Assembly (NCBI GenBank): GCA_049582365.1
Contig: JBAUTW010000393.1
Span: 1 to 49,746 of the forward strand
Direction: 5' to 3'
Source of the DNA: Burkholderiales bacterium
GTDB taxonomy: Bacteria; Pseudomonadota; Gammaproteobacteria; Burkholderiales; SG8-39
Length of the DNA: 49,746 bases
Shown: one piece after another, positions 1-12,998 of the stretch
Numbering within the stretch: position 1 is the stretch's first letter
How the letters are laid out: each line of letters opens with the position of its first letter
Made by a program: the position numbers and the translations under genes
Notes under the pieces: model-generated
What the model was told of the DNA's origin: nothing
The model's input: only the letters and a program-made list of their open reading frames with translations
Databases searched by the model: none

Positions 1-1412
<1,412 letters not shown>

Positions 1413-1426
1413 AGGATTCCTTGGTT

Positions 1427-1963
1427 TTAAGCCTTTAGTGCGATGTCCAGCGCCGCGAGCTGTGCGCGCGCCGAAGCGTCGATCACCTGGTCGCCGATCA
1501 GGATCCGCGCGCCGCCGATCAGTTCCTTGTCAACGACGACGTTTACGCGCACTCTGCGGCCGGTATGCTTTTCGAGTCGTACGGTAAGGTCGGTAAGCTG
1601 CGCCGGATCAAGCTCGAACGCCGACTGGATCGCGGCCTCGACCACGCCTTCTCGCTCATCCTTTAACGCTTCGAACTGGGTCCGGATCTCCGCCAGCAGA
1701 GCGAGGCGATGATTGTCTGCCAGCACGCGCACGAAGTTCTCGCACTCGTCCGTGAGGCGGCTGGCGAGGATCGAAATGAAGAGGCCCGCCACCTTCGCCG
1801 CCGGCAAGTTCGGGTCGCCCATCGCCGTGCGCACCCGCTCGTCGGCGGATACCTGTGCCAGTTCCGCGAGCATCGCCGACCATTCGGCAAGCTTGCCGGC
1901 ACCGTCGGCGAGCCGGAACACCGCCTCGGCGTAGGGCCGTGCAATGGTGATCGGTTCGGCCAT
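1427..1963 (-). CDS. atpH: F0F1 ATP synthase subunit delta (OSCP)
   Basis: 178-aa ORF starting [19 protein letters not shown], lying between atpF and atpA. Confidence 0.9.
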   Translation of the reverse strand: MAEPITIARPYAEAVFRLADGAGKLAEWSAMLAELAQVSADERVRTAMGDPNLPAAKVAGLFISILASRLTDECENFVRVLADNHRLALLAEIRTQFEALKDEREGVVEAAIQSAFELDPAQLTDLTVRLEKHTGRRVRVNVVVDKELIGGARILIGDQVIDASARAQLAALDIALKA

Positions 1964-1969
1964 TTGCGA

Positions 1970-2440
1970 CTAGAGTTGCGCCCTGATCGAATCGAGCAAT
2001 TGGGCGTGCGCCTTGGCGTCGACTTCGCGCCGCAGGATCTTCTCTGCGCCGGCGACGGCCAGTTGCGCGACCTGGTCGCGCAATTGCTCGCGGGCGCGCG
2101 TGACTTCCTGCGCGATCTCGGCCTTTGCGGCGGCGACTTCCCGCTCGCCTTCCTCGCGCGCAGAATGTCGCGCCGATTCGATCATTTGCGAGCCACGCTT
2201 TTCGGCCTGCGAGATGATTTCGGCTGCGCGCTCACGCGCACTCTGGACCACCTGCTCGGCTTCGCGCGTCGAGATTTCGAGCGACCGTCTGCCCTGCTCA
2301 CCGGCGGCCAAACCGTCGGCGATCTGCTTTTGCCGGTTCTCGATTGCACGCAGCAGCGGCGGCCACACGAACTTGACCGTGAACCAGATGAATAGCGCAA
2401 AGGCGGCAGCCTGCGTAAACAGCGTCAGATTTATGTTCAT
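1970..2440 (-). CDS. atpF: F0F1 ATP synthase subunit b
   Basis: 156-aa ORF with an N-terminal TM helix ([19 protein letters not shown]) followed by a long charged helical region. Position matches the operon order. Confidence 0.9.
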   Translation of the reverse strand: MNINLTLFTQAAAFALFIWFTVKFVWPPLLRAIENRQKQIADGLAAGEQGRRSLEISTREAEQVVQSARERAAEIISQAEKRGSQMIESARHSAREEGEREVAAAKAEIAQEVTRAREQLRDQVAQLAVAGAEKILRREVDAKAHAQLLDSIRAQL

Positions 2441-2476
2441 GCCTGCCCCCTACCTTCCCAGTTAATCCCGCCTGGG

Positions 2477-3612
<1,136 letters not shown>

Positions 3613-3647
3613 CGCTAAACCGTTATCGACTTTCGACTCAACGCGCT

Positions 3648-4016
3648 CTAATGGTCGCGCACAATAAATGCCATGGTGAAGATCAGCATGGTCACCGCAA
3701 ACGATCCGAGCAAGGCGAGCACTACGACGTCCCTGTATGTCGCTAGCACCAGCCACAACAGGATCACCATGAGACCGATCTTGATGCCTTCGGCCCTCAA
3801 GGCGCCGAGCAGGACCCCCCCTGCCGACCCAGCCTTACTCCATGACACCACCAGCGCCGATACCAGCCCGGCAAACATGCTGATCGAGCCGCCCAATGCG
3901 GCGGAAATCGCGCCGCCGGCCCCGATAGCGGCCGCTGCGGCCAGCGCCAGCACGCCGGTGACGATCAACTGCCACCTCAAAACAGTGCGAATCGGCTTAC
4001 TCAGAAGGCGCGGCAT
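3648..4016 (-). CDS. atpI: ATP synthase protein I
   Basis: Small hydrophobic protein immediately upstream of atpB. Start chosen at the ATG at 4016 ([19 protein letters not shown]...); the track ORF extends to 4109. Confidence 0.7.
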   Translation of the reverse strand: MPRLLSKPIRTVLRWQLIVTGVLALAAAAAIGAGGAISAALGGSISMFAGLVSALVVSWSKAGSAGGVLLGALRAEGIKIGLMVILLWLVLATYRDVVVLALLGSFAVTMLIFTMAFIVRDH

Positions 4017-4052
4017 GGCGTTTGTCCGACCCGCCTCCTGCAAAGCCGGCGG

Positions 4053-4082
4053 AGTATATCGTTCACTGGGATATCTGGTCAA
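4053..4082 (-). promoter_or_regulatory. Candidate sigma70 promoter of the atp operon
   Basis: The minus strand reads TTGACC (4082-4077), an 18-nt spacer, then TATACT (4058-4053), about 37 nt upstream of the atpI ATG. Pattern match only. Confidence 0.35.
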
Positions 4083-4115
4083 CGTGTTGCGTCGCAGCAC
4101 CGGGTTCAAAACGAC

Positions 4116-4952
4116 CTAGCGCAATTTGCGCAGCAGCGTCTCGAGATGATCGAGGCCCGCGTAGTAGACAATCACCTTGCCGGCGCCCTTTTTGCCCTGT
4201 CGGATCTCTACCGTCGTTCCCAGGCGTTCGGAGGCTTCCTGCTCCAGCCTTAAGAGATCGCGATCCACCTTGCGCTTCTTGTTGGCGCCGCCGCCGCGCA
4301 ACTGTTTTGCCACCAGTGCTTCGGTCTCGCGCACAGAGAGCCCACGTCCTGCCACGCGATTGGCCGCCTCGATCTGGCGCGCGCCGTCCAGTGCCAGCAG
4401 CGCGCGCGCATGGCCCATCTCAAGCACCCCCTCCATGACCATCGCCTGCACGGGTTTTGGCAACTTGAGCAGGCGCAGCAGGTTGGTGGTCGCGCTGCGC
4501 GAGCGACCGACTGCGTCCGCGGCCTGCTCGTGCGTCATTTTGAATTCATCGACGAGGCGCTGCAGCCCCGCGGCTTCCTCCATCGGATTCAGGTTCTCGC
4601 GCTGGATGTTCTCGATAAGCGACATTGCCAGCGCAGCTTCGTCCGGCACTTCGCGCACCAGGGCCGGCACTTCTTCCAGCCCGGCCATCTGCGCAGCGCG
4701 CCAGCGGCGCTCGCCTGCGATCAGCTCGTAGCGGTCGCGTTCTACTCTTCGCACCAGCAGCGGCTGCATCAGACCCTGGGATTTGATCGAGGCGGCGAGT
4801 TCGGCCAGGGCCTCCTGATCCATTCGGGTTCGAGGCTGGTACTTTCCGGGTCGGATGCGGCCCACCGGCAGCGTGGCGAGCGCGTCCCTTGGCGCTTCAT
4901 CGCCGCCCAACAGAGCGTCCAGTCCGCGCCCGAGTCCCTTTAGTTTGCTCAT
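4116..4952 (-). CDS. parB: Chromosome partitioning protein ParB
   Basis: 278 aa with ParB-box motifs GERRWRAA and [20 protein letters not shown] overlap with the parA stop. Confidence 0.93.
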   Translation of the reverse strand: MSKLKGLGRGLDALLGGDEAPRDALATLPVGRIRPGKYQPRTRMDQEALAELAASIKSQGLMQPLLVRRVERDRYELIAGERRWRAAQMAGLEEVPALVREVPDEAALAMSLIENIQRENLNPMEEAAGLQRLVDEFKMTHEQAADAVGRSRSATTNLLRLLKLPKPVQAMVMEGVLEMGHARALLALDGARQIEAANRVAGRGLSVRETEALVAKQLRGGGANKKRKVDRDLLRLEQEASERLGTTVEIRQGKKGAGKVIVYYAGLDHLETLLRKLR

Positions 4953-5752
4953 GTGGGTTCCATTGTCCGTACGGCACCGCCGATATCGTTTTTGCCCCGC
5001 GCAAGTATCTCCTCCGCCAGCGCGAGGTAGGCCTGCGCGCCCTTGGAAGTGTCATCCCACACGACCGCCGGCGCGCCGTAGCTCGGCGCTTCCGCCAGCC
5101 GGACGTTTCTCGGCACCATCGTCTGATACACCTTGTCTCCAAAGTGCGATTCGAGCTGCTGCGAGACCTGCTGAGAGAGCGTGTTGCGCGGGTCGTACAT
5201 CGTTCGCAAGAGACCGGCGATATCGAGACTCGGATTGAGGTTGGCGCGCACGCGTTTGATGGTACCGACCAGATCCGACAGACCTTCGAGCGCGTAGTAC
5301 TCGCACTGCATCGGGATCAGCACCGCCTGGGCCGCTACGAGCCCGTTTATCGTCAGGAGCGACAGGGAAGGAGGGCAATCGATGATGATGAAATCATATT
5401 CGGATGCCACTCCAGCGAGCGCCTCGCGTAAGCGTCCTTCGCGGTTGTCGAGACCAACGAGCTCGATTTCCGCCCCAGCGAGCTCGCGGTTCGCCGGCAG
5501 CAAGTCATAGCCGCCGCTTTGCGAGCGCGTAAGCGCTGCAGCTACGTCGGCCAGGCCGAGCAGCACGTGATAGATGGTGCGGTGTGCGGTTCGCTTCTCG
5601 ACGCCGCTGCCCATTGTCGCATTGCCTTGAGGGTCGAGATCGACGAGCAGCACGCGCTGGCCGGCGCGGGCAAAGGCGGCGGCGAGATTGACACTGGTCG
5701 TGGTCTTACCGACCCCTCCCTTCTGATTTGTAACTGCTAGTACGCGCGTCAT
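4949..5752 (-). CDS. parA: Chromosome partitioning ATPase ParA (Soj)
   Basis: [18 protein letters not shown] deviant Walker A. The ATG at 5752 is preferred over the track start at 5773. ATGA overlap with the rsmG stop. Confidence 0.92.
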   Translation of the reverse strand: MTRVLAVTNQKGGVGKTTTSVNLAAAFARAGQRVLLVDLDPQGNATMGSGVEKRTAHRTIYHVLLGLADVAAALTRSQSGGYDLLPANRELAGAEIELVGLDNREGRLREALAGVASEYDFIIIDCPPSLSLLTINGLVAAQAVLIPMQCEYYALEGLSDLVGTIKRVRANLNPSLDIAGLLRTMYDPRNTLSQQVSQQLESHFGDKVYQTMVPRNVRLAEAPSYGAPAVVWDDTSKGAQAYLALAEEILARGKNDIGGAVRTMEPT

Positions 5753-6390
5753 TGCGCGCCCGCAGGCCGGCACAGCACAAGGTGCCGTTCGGCTTCGAGA
5801 AAGGGCACCTCAAGACGCACAACGCGGTCACAGGCCGCGCCTTCCGGAGTTCGCGCCAACTCATCGTTCGGATACACGCCTTTCATGGCCGCCAGGACGC
5901 CTCCCGGGGCGACCAGCCTGCCGCATGCAGAAAGGAAGTCGGAAAGCTCCGCGAACCCGCGCGAGATAACAACGGCAAAGCGTCTTGCGGGCTGCCAGTC
6001 CTCAACCCGTCCGGCGTAGACATTCGTATTGGCAAGCCCGAGTTCTATTGCGGCCTGGCGCAGGAATGCCGTCTTCTTCCGATTGCTGTCGTTTAAGGTC
6101 ACCTGCCATTCCGGGCGGGCGATGGCGAGTGGGATTCCGGGCAGCCCTCCACCCGAGCCGACGTCCGCGAGCGCGCCGCCAGCGTGTATCGGCAGATGCG
6201 GCACTACCGCGAGCGAGTCGAGCAGATGGTGGCTTACCATCTTCATCGGATCACGGATCGCGGTCAGGTTATAAGTCCGGTTCCACTTTGCGAGCAATTC
6301 GAGGAACGCGAGCAGCTTGTCGCGGGTTCCCGGCGCGAGCCCTAGTGTCAGCGCTGCCAGCCCGCGGTCGAGCGCAACCTCGGGGGTCAT
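5749..6390 (-). CDS. rsmG: 16S rRNA (guanine527-N7)-methyltransferase
   Basis: 213 aa with SAM motif [14 protein letters not shown], between mnmG and parA. Confidence 0.9.
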   Translation of the reverse strand: MTPEVALDRGLAALTLGLAPGTRDKLLAFLELLAKWNRTYNLTAIRDPMKMVSHHLLDSLAVVPHLPIHAGGALADVGSGGGLPGIPLAIARPEWQVTLNDSNRKKTAFLRQAAIELGLANTNVYAGRVEDWQPARRFAVVISRGFAELSDFLSACGRLVAPGGVLAAMKGVYPNDELARTPEGAACDRVVRLEVPFLEAERHLVLCRPAGAQ

Positions 6391-8285
6391 GCGCTCTTCT
6401 TGTGCCGGGTCTGGGGTGCAGCTCGCTTCAGATGAACCAACAGGAGCGAGATGGCGGCAGGCGTAATCCCGGAAATGCGCGAAGCCTGACCGATCGTTTC
6501 CGGTCGATGGCTGGCGAGCCTTTGTCGGGCCTCGATGGACAGCCCCCGCACCTGCAAATAGTCGATGTCAGCGGGCAGGCGCAAGTTTTCGTAGGTGTCG
6601 CTGCGAGCAACCTCGTCGAGCTGGCGATCGATGTAACCCTGGTATTTCGTCTGAATCTCAACTTGCTCGGCGACGTCCACCTGCGTGACGCCGGGGCCAG
6701 CGTCCGGCAGCGACATCAGCGCTTGATAGGTAACCCCAGGACGCGAGAGAAGTTCCGTAAGTGAGTATTCACGTTCGATGCCTTTGCCAAGTACACGCGC
6801 AGCTTCCGTGACAGGCAGGTTGCGCGGGGAGAACCAAGTCGATCCCAGCCGGTGGCGCTCGCGCGCGATCGCGTCGCGCTTGCGGCTGAACCGATCCCAG
6901 CGCTCATCGGTCACGAGACCGAGTTCACGGCCAGCGTCGGTCAGTCGAAGATCGGCATTGTCCTCACGAAGCATTAGCCGGTACTCGGCCCGGCTGGTGA
7001 ACATGCGGTATGGCTCCGACACTCCGCGCGTAATCAGATCGTCCACCAGCACCCCAAGATATGCTTCGTTCCGTCGCGGACACCATGGTGCGTGCCCCGC
7101 GACCTGCAAGCCGGCATTGATCCCGGCGAGCAGCCCCTGCGCGGCCGCTTCCTCATAACCCGTCGTTCCGTTGATCTGTCCCGCAAAGTAGAGCCCTTTA
7201 ACGGTTTTCGTCTCGAGGGAGGCCTTTAGATTGCGAGGATCGAAGTAGTCGTATTCGATCGCGTACCCGGGGCGCACAATGTGCGCCTTCTCCAGGCCCC
7301 GAATGGAGCGAACCAACTCGAGTTGGACGTCAAACGGCAGACTGGTCGAGATTCCGTTGGGATAGATCTCGTGCGTTTCCAGCCCCTCCGGCTCGAGGAA
7401 GATCTGATGGCTCGACTTGTCGGCGAAGCGGTGGATCTTATCTTCGATCGAGGGACAGTAGCGCGGGCCGACGCCCTGGATTACCCCGGTGAACATCGGC
7501 GACCGGTCGAGCCCGCGCCGAATGATCGCGTGTGTGTGCTCATTGGTGTGCGTTACCCAACAGGGCCTCTGCTCGGGATGCATCGCGCGATTGCCGAGGA
7601 AGGAGAAGACTGGCTCGGGTGAGTCTCCGGGCTGCTCGACCATGACCGAAAAATCGATGCTGCGGCCATCCAGCCGCGGCGGCGTTCCGGTCTTCAGCCG
7701 CCCAACGGGAAGCTTCATTTCGCGCAGGCGGGCCGCGAGGGTCAGCGATGCGGGGTCCCCCGCGCGACCTGCCTGGTAGTGCTCCAAGCCGACGTGGATC
7801 AACCCCGATAGGAATGTACCGGTGGTGAGCACCACGGCTCCGCAATGGAATCGAATTCCGAGCTGCGTAACAACGCCAACGGCTCGGTCGTCCACGAGCA
7901 GAATGTCGTCCACTGCCTGCTGAAAAACGGTCAGATTCGGCTCACCTTCAAGTCGGCGGCGAATCGCCGTCCGATACAGCACCCGGTCGGCCTGGGCACG
8001 AGTGGCCCGCACCGCTGGGCCCTTGGACAAATTCAGCGTCCGGAACTGGATTCCAGCCTCATCAGTCGCGAGCGCCATGGCGCCGCCCAGGGCGTCGATT
8101 TCCCTTACCAGGTGTCCCTTACCGATCCCGCCGATCGAGGGATTGCACGACATTTGGCCGATCGTTTCGATGCTATGCGTAAGAAGTAGCGTATGCCGGC
8201 CCATGCGGGCAGCCGCGAGCGCCGCCTCGGTCCCGGCGTGGCCTCCGCCAACCACGATGACGTCAAACTGGGTCGGATACAACAT
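6387..8285 (-). CDS. mnmG: tRNA uridine 5-carboxymethylaminomethyl modification enzyme MnmG (GidA)
   Basis: The ATG at 8285 gives [29 protein letters not shown] (FAD fold), 632 aa. The track ORF extension to 8498 crosses the intergenic parS sites and is rejected. Confidence 0.93.
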   Translation of the reverse strand: MLYPTQFDVIVVGGGHAGTEAALAAARMGRHTLLLTHSIETIGQMSCNPSIGGIGKGHLVREIDALGGAMALATDEAGIQFRTLNLSKGPAVRATRAQADRVLYRTAIRRRLEGEPNLTVFQQAVDDILLVDDRAVGVVTQLGIRFHCGAVVLTTGTFLSGLIHVGLEHYQAGRAGDPASLTLAARLREMKLPVGRLKTGTPPRLDGRSIDFSVMVEQPGDSPEPVFSFLGNRAMHPEQRPCWVTHTNEHTHAIIRRGLDRSPMFTGVIQGVGPRYCPSIEDKIHRFADKSSHQIFLEPEGLETHEIYPNGISTSLPFDVQLELVRSIRGLEKAHIVRPGYAIEYDYFDPRNLKASLETKTVKGLYFAGQINGTTGYEEAAAQGLLAGINAGLQVAGHAPWCPRRNEAYLGVLVDDLITRGVSEPYRMFTSRAEYRLMLREDNADLRLTDAGRELGLVTDERWDRFSRKRDAIARERHRLGSTWFSPRNLPVTEAARVLGKGIEREYSLTELLSRPGVTYQALMSLPDAGPGVTQVDVAEQVEIQTKYQGYIDRQLDEVARSDTYENLRLPADIDYLQVRGLSIEARQRLASHRPETIGQASRISGITPAAISLLLVHLKRAAPQTRHKKSA

Positions 8286-8377
8286 GGCGCGATAGGCCCC
8301 GCAACATTCAATTGCCGGTGAATTTTTCGAGGCGCAATGATACGCGAAGGTGCACGGCGAAACTAGGCGGCAAGCAA

Positions 8378-8393
8378 GGTTCCACGTGGAACC
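8378..8393. other. parS centromere-like ParB binding site 1
   Basis: GGTTCCACGTGGAACC is a perfect 16-bp palindrome. Its inner 14 bp are identical to the chromosomal parS consensus TGTTCCACGTGGAACA. Confidence 0.8.
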
Positions 8394-8406
8394 AGGACGC
8401 ATTCGA

Positions 8407-8422
8407 CGTTCCACGTGGAACA
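8407..8422. other. parS centromere-like ParB binding site 2
   Basis: CGTTCCACGTGGAACA matches the parS consensus TGTTCCACGTGGAACA at 15 of 16 positions. It lies 29 bp from site 1. Confidence 0.8.
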
Positions 8423-8473
8423 GACTTGCTCCGGGAGCCAGTGTGCGAGAATCCGCCGGCTCGCGCCCTGTCC

Positions 8474-9658
8474 ATGATCTCTCTCGCCCGTTACGCAACT
8501 CTGCTTGCCATACCCGATCTTAGAGGCGCCCTGTCGGCCTCGCTGATTGGGCGCCTCCCGGTCGGAATGACTGGACTGGCGGTGCTTCTCCTCGTCCAAT
8601 CCTCGAGCGGATCGTTCGTACGCGCCGGCGCAACCACCGCTTGCTACATCGCCGGCTTGGCAACGCTAGCACCCGTTATCGGCAGACTGATCGACCGCCA
8701 GGGGCCAGGCCAGATACTACTTGTATGCGGTGTCTTGAACCCGCTCTCGCTTGCCACGCTGGTCGTACTGATCGAATTGAGTGCTCCGCCCTGGACGTGG
8801 CTGCCGCTTGCGGCGATGGCAGGTGCGAGTTTCCCTCCGATAACCGTCTGCATGCGCACATTGCTCAGGAAGCACCTCGGCGACGACCCGCTTCTCGCAA
8901 CCGCCTATTCGCTCGAATCAGTCCTAATCGAAGCCATCTTCATTGTCGGGCCCATGCTGGTCGCGTTCTTCATCGCCGTCGCATCGCCATCGCTCGCGGT
9001 ACTGTTCTCCGCCACCTGTGGCGCAACGGGAGCACAGTTGTTTTTGCGCTCCTCAGCTCTTAGGAAGTGGAAGTTGGATCCACACCCGAGGTCAAATCTA
9101 CTGGGGCCTTTGTCGGCGCCACGATTCGTTTCGTTGCTCGCCGTCGTTCTCTGCTACTCCGTTGCTTTCGGGTTGGTCGAAATCGGCGTCACCGGATTTG
9201 CCGCAGAAGCAGGAAGCCCTGCGCTCGCCGGCGTCCTGTTGGGGGTGATGAGCGTAGGTAGCGCGATTGGCGGCCTCGCTTACGGCAGCCGTAGCTGGCA
9301 TATGCCGCTCGCACGCCAGCTTTCCCTTACGCTCGCCTTGATGGGCTGTGGGATCCTCCCGCTGGCGTTCCTAGCCGGTGTGTGGGGTTTTGCAGGCTTC
9401 GCGTTGCTGGGTGGCATCCTCATGGCTCCCGTCCTTACCATGCAAAGCATGTTGGTCGCCAAGACCGCGTCTTCGGACTCATCTGCCGAGGCATTTACTT
9501 GGTCTGCGACCGGACTTCTGGCAGGTATCGGCTTAGGCTTTGCTGCCGGCGGCGTAATCTTGCAGTTCGCTGGTTCCGCGACAGTGTTCATCGCCGCAGC
9601 CACTGCGTCCCTACTCGGGGCGGGAGGCGCCCGCTTGCGCCTTCGCCATAATATTTAA
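8474..9658 (+). CDS. MFS transporter (substrate unknown)
   Basis: The ATG at 8474 ([32 protein letters not shown]...) gives about 394 aa with many hydrophobic segments. The track start at 8312 lies upstream of the parS sites and is rejected. Confidence 0.75.
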   Translation: MISLARYATLLAIPDLRGALSASLIGRLPVGMTGLAVLLLVQSSSGSFVRAGATTACYIAGLATLAPVIGRLIDRQGPGQILLVCGVLNPLSLATLVVLIELSAPPWTWLPLAAMAGASFPPITVCMRTLLRKHLGDDPLLATAYSLESVLIEAIFIVGPMLVAFFIAVASPSLAVLFSATCGATGAQLFLRSSALRKWKLDPHPRSNLLGPLSAPRFVSLLAVVLCYSVAFGLVEIGVTGFAAEAGSPALAGVLLGVMSVGSAIGGLAYGSRSWHMPLARQLSLTLALMGCGILPLAFLAGVWGFAGFALLGGILMAPVLTMQSMLVAKTASSDSSAEAFTWSATGLLAGIGLGFAAGGVILQFAGSATVFIAAATASLLGAGGARLRLRHNI

Positions 9659-9691
9659 ATAACCATCTAATTCAGTATCTTACGAAACATT

Positions 9692-11530
9692 CTATACACC
9701 AAGTCGGCCGTGAAGTGCGGAGCGTCGCGCATCCAACTCTTGCGGCAGATGGCTTCCAAGTTTGCCCAGCAGGCTGTCGTGTGAACTCAACTCCTCCTTC
9801 CAGGCGTCAGGTTCAACCGCCGCAATTTCTCGGTACCGACCCGCAGAAAATCTCTCCAGCCCGTCCCAGACTAGGTCTTCGAAGCGCGGCATGATCCCAA
9901 GCGCTGTTTCGACGCCCTGGGCGCGCCCGTGGCAACGCTCGACGATCCAGGCCAGCACCCGCATGTTCTCCGAAAAACCGGGCCAGATGAACTTGCCGCT
10001 CGCGTCGCGACGGAACCAGTTGACGCGGAAGATGGCGGGAGGATGGTGCACGGCCTTTCCCATCTTCAGCCAGTGTGCGAAGTAATCTCCCATGTTGTAA
10101 CCGCAAAACGCGATCATCGCCATCGGGTCACGGCGCACTACTCCGACCTTGCCGGTGATCGCAGCGGTCGTCTCGGAACCAAGCGTCGCGCCCATGTACA
10201 CGCCGTCTTGCCAGGTCGGCGCCTGAACGACTAGCGGGACCGTGCTCGATCGCCGGCCTCCGAAAATGAAGGCGGCAATGGGTACCCCAGCCGTGTCTTC
10301 CCATTTCGGATCCATCGAGGGACACTGCGCGGCGGCAACGGTAAAACGCGCGTTGGGGTGCGCGGCCGTACGCCCGCAATTCGGGGTCCAGTCCTTGCCC
10401 TGCCAGTCGACGAGGCGCGCGGGCGGCTCCGCGGTCATGCCTTCCCACCAGACGTCGCCTTCCGGGGTAAGGGCGACGTTGGTGAAGATCACGTTTTCGC
10501 GCAGCATCTTCATCGCATTCGGATTTGTCGCCTCGGAGGTGCCTGGGGCGACGCCGAAGAAGCCTGCCTCGGGATTGATAGCGTAGAAGCGCCCATCATG
10601 GCCCGGCTTGATCCACGCAATGTCCTCGCCAATCGTCGTCACTTTCCAGCCTTTGAACGCCGCTGGCGGAATCAGCATTGCGAGATTGGTCTTGCCGCAG
10701 GCACTTGGAAACGCGGCGGATATATAAGACTTTTCGCCCCGCGGAGACTCGACACCGAGAATCAGCATGTGCTCGGCGAGCCAACCTTCGTCGCGCGCCA
10801 TCACCGATGCAATGCGCAGCGCGAGACACTTCTTTCCCAGTAGTGCATTGCCGCCGTAGCCCGAACCGAAGGACCAGATCTCGCGCGACTCGGGAAAATG
10901 GACGATCCACTTTTCCTTTTCGTTGCACGGCCAGGCCACATCGTTTGCACCGGGCGCGAGCGGAGCGCCGACCGAGTGCATGCACGGCACGAAGTCCCCG
11001 TCCTCGCCGAGCCACTCCGCCACCGCGCGTCCCATTCTGGTCATAATGCGCATATTCGCCACGACGTACGCCGAGTCGCTCAGCTGCACCCCGATCTGGG
11101 CGATGTGGGAGCCGATCGGACCCATGGAGAAGGGCACCACGTACAGCGTGCGCCCTCGCATGCAGCCGTCGAACAGTCGATTCATGGTGCCGCGCATCTC
11201 CTGCGGATCGACCCAGTTATTTGTCGGGCCGGCGTCGTCTTTGCGCGCACTGCAAATGAAGGTTCGATCCTCCATCCGCGCCACATCCGTCGGGTGGGAA
11301 CGCGCCAGATAACTGTTTGGGCGCAGCTTCGGATCGAGCCTAATGAACGTGCCGCCGGCGACTAGTTCCCCACAAATGCGATCGTATTCAGCTTGCGACC
11401 CGTCGCACCAAACCACGCGATCCGGCTTCGTAAGACGCGCCATGTCGCCTACCCATTTCCGAAGTCCCGCGTGACGGATCCAATCGGGAGCGCGCGAATC
11501 GTCGGCTTGCGCTGGCTGGGCATTGGTCAT
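9692..11530 (-). CDS. pckG: Phosphoenolpyruvate carboxykinase (GTP)
   Basis: 612 aa with GTP-PEPCK signatures FPSACGKTN and [23 protein letters not shown]. Confidence 0.92.
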   Translation of the reverse strand: MTNAQPAQADDSRAPDWIRHAGLRKWVGDMARLTKPDRVVWCDGSQAEYDRICGELVAGGTFIRLDPKLRPNSYLARSHPTDVARMEDRTFICSARKDDAGPTNNWVDPQEMRGTMNRLFDGCMRGRTLYVVPFSMGPIGSHIAQIGVQLSDSAYVVANMRIMTRMGRAVAEWLGEDGDFVPCMHSVGAPLAPGANDVAWPCNEKEKWIVHFPESREIWSFGSGYGGNALLGKKCLALRIASVMARDEGWLAEHMLILGVESPRGEKSYISAAFPSACGKTNLAMLIPPAAFKGWKVTTIGEDIAWIKPGHDGRFYAINPEAGFFGVAPGTSEATNPNAMKMLRENVIFTNVALTPEGDVWWEGMTAEPPARLVDWQGKDWTPNCGRTAAHPNARFTVAAAQCPSMDPKWEDTAGVPIAAFIFGGRRSSTVPLVVQAPTWQDGVYMGATLGSETTAAITGKVGVVRRDPMAMIAFCGYNMGDYFAHWLKMGKAVHHPPAIFRVNWFRRDASGKFIWPGFSENMRVLAWIVERCHGRAQGVETALGIMPRFEDLVWDGLERFSAGRYREIAAVEPDAWKEELSSHDSLLGKLGSHLPQELDARRSALHGRLGV

Positions 11531-11550
11531 CTCGACGTCTCCTAGAAAGC

Positions 11551-11576
11551 AAAACGGCCCTGACTTTCCTGGGCCG
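11551..11576 (-). terminator. Possible intrinsic terminator after mnmE
   Basis: The minus strand reads CGGCCC-AGGAAAGTCA-GGGCCG followed by TTTTG, between the mnmE stop and the pckG Shine-Dalgarno sequence. The stem is short (6 bp). Confidence 0.4.
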
Positions 11577-11627
11577 GCATTTTAATTATTCAGGCTAAGA
11601 TTTTCATTGTAGCACCCGCCTAACTCG

Positions 11628-12998
11628 CTATTTTCCGATGCAGAATCGGGCAAATATCTCCCCGAGTAGATCGTCGGGCGTGAACTCGCCGGTGATTTTC
11701 GTCAGCGCGTCATGCGCAAGACGCAACTCCTCCGCGAGGAACTCCCAGCGTTCGAGCTGCAGGGCCGCGTCCTCGAGATGCCGCCGCGCGAGCGCAAGAG
11801 CGCGCAAGTGCCGCTCGCGCGCGAGGAAGGTCGACTCGCCGGCGCCGCTCCAACCAGCGACCTCCAGCAGCATCCGACGCAGTTCCGGAAGTCCCGCGCC
11901 AGTCTTGGCAGAGACCCAAACCTCGTTCGACGCGGCCGGCCTTCGCCCGGCAGGTACCCCAGGCAAGAGGTCGATCTTGTTGTACACCAGGATGCGGACG
12001 CCTTCCTCCGGCAGCCGAGCAAGCATCTCGCGCTCATCCGGCCCAATCTCGGCATCGGCCTCGAGCACCACCAGCACTATGTCTGCGCGGGCGACCTCGC
12101 GCCAGGCATGCTCGACCCCGATGCGCTCTACCTCGTCCAGCGACTCTCGCAGACCGGCGGTATCAATCACGATGATCGGCACTCCCTCGATCTGAATGGA
12201 TTCGCGCAGTGCATCGCGCGTCGTGCCTGCGACCGGCGTCACTATTGCTCGCTCCTCGCCCGCAAGCCTGTTGAGCAAGCTCGACTTTCCGACGTTCGGA
12301 CGTCCGGCCAATACGACGTGTATGCCGGAGCGCAGGAGACTGCCCCGCTGACTCTTGGCGAGCACTTCATCGAGCGAGGCACGAACTCGGGCCAGGCGCG
12401 CTCGAGCGTCTTCAAGGTGCAGCTCGTCCACTTCCTCCTGCGGAAAATCGAGCACCACCTCGGTCAGGATACGCAGCTCCGTCAACTGCGCCGCTAGTGC
12501 ATTGACCGCGGCGGAGAATTCGCCCGCCAAAGAGCGCAACGCCGAGCGCGCCGCTTCCCGGCTCGCCGAATCGATGAGGTCGGCGACCGCCTCGGCCTGT
12601 GCAAGATCCATCCTGCCTTCGAGATAAGCGCGTCGGGTGAACTCGCCGGGATCTGCAATGCGCGCTCCGGCGTCGAGACAGGCACCCAGCAGCATCTGCA
12701 TCACCACTGGCCCGCCATGCCCCTGCAGCTCAAGTACGGACTCGCCGGTATATGAGTGCGGCGCGGGAAAATATATTGCGATGCCGCGGTCGAACGTCTC
12801 ACCGCTGGAATCGGCGAACCCGCGATAGACCGCGCGCCGCGGTGCTGGAAGCCCACCCAGAACGGAACGGGCGATCTTCGCAACACGGGGTCCGGATACG
12901 CGCACCACTCCGATGCCACCTCGACCGGCCGGTGTGGCGATCGCGGCTATGGTGTCGCGCCGGGAGCTTCCCCCAAACGTGTCCTCAGCGCTTGTCAT
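11628..12998 (-). CDS. mnmE: tRNA modification GTPase MnmE (TrmE)
   Basis: 456 aa with G1 GRPNVGKSSLLN, G3 DTAGLRE, G4 NKIDL and the C-terminal CIGK motif. Confidence 0.93.
   Translation of the reverse strand: MTSAEDTFGGSSRRDTIAAIATPAGRGGIGVVRVSGPRVAKIARSVLGGLPAPRRAVYRGFADSSGETFDRGIAIYFPAPHSYTGESVLELQGHGGPVVMQMLLGACLDAGARIADPGEFTRRAYLEGRMDLAQAEAVADLIDSASREAARSALRSLAGEFSAAVNALAAQLTELRILTEVVLDFPQEEVDELHLEDARARLARVRASLDEVLAKSQRGSLLRSGIHVVLAGRPNVGKSSLLNRLAGEERAIVTPVAGTTRDALRESIQIEGVPIIVIDTAGLRESLDEVERIGVEHAWREVARADIVLVVLEADAEIGPDEREMLARLPEEGVRILVYNKIDLLPGVPAGRRPAASNEVWVSAKTGAGLPELRRMLLEVAGWSGAGESTFLARERHLRALALARRHLEDAALQLERWEFLAEELRLAHDALTKITGEFTPDDLLGEIFARFCIGK

Noticed and set aside
8379-8421. 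Reading the GTTCCACGTGGAAC palindromes as DnaA boxes, or as an operator for an unknown transcription factor
   Set aside because: The best DnaA-box alignment has 3 mismatches. The sequence matches the parS consensus almost exactly, and that explains it fully.
8286-8498. N-terminal extension of the mnmG ORF to 703 aa, and the 8312 start for the MFS ORF
   Set aside because: Both extensions translate through the parS palindromes and the intergenic promoter region. Conserved N-termini ([18 protein letters not shown] and [11 protein letters not shown]) begin at internal ATGs.
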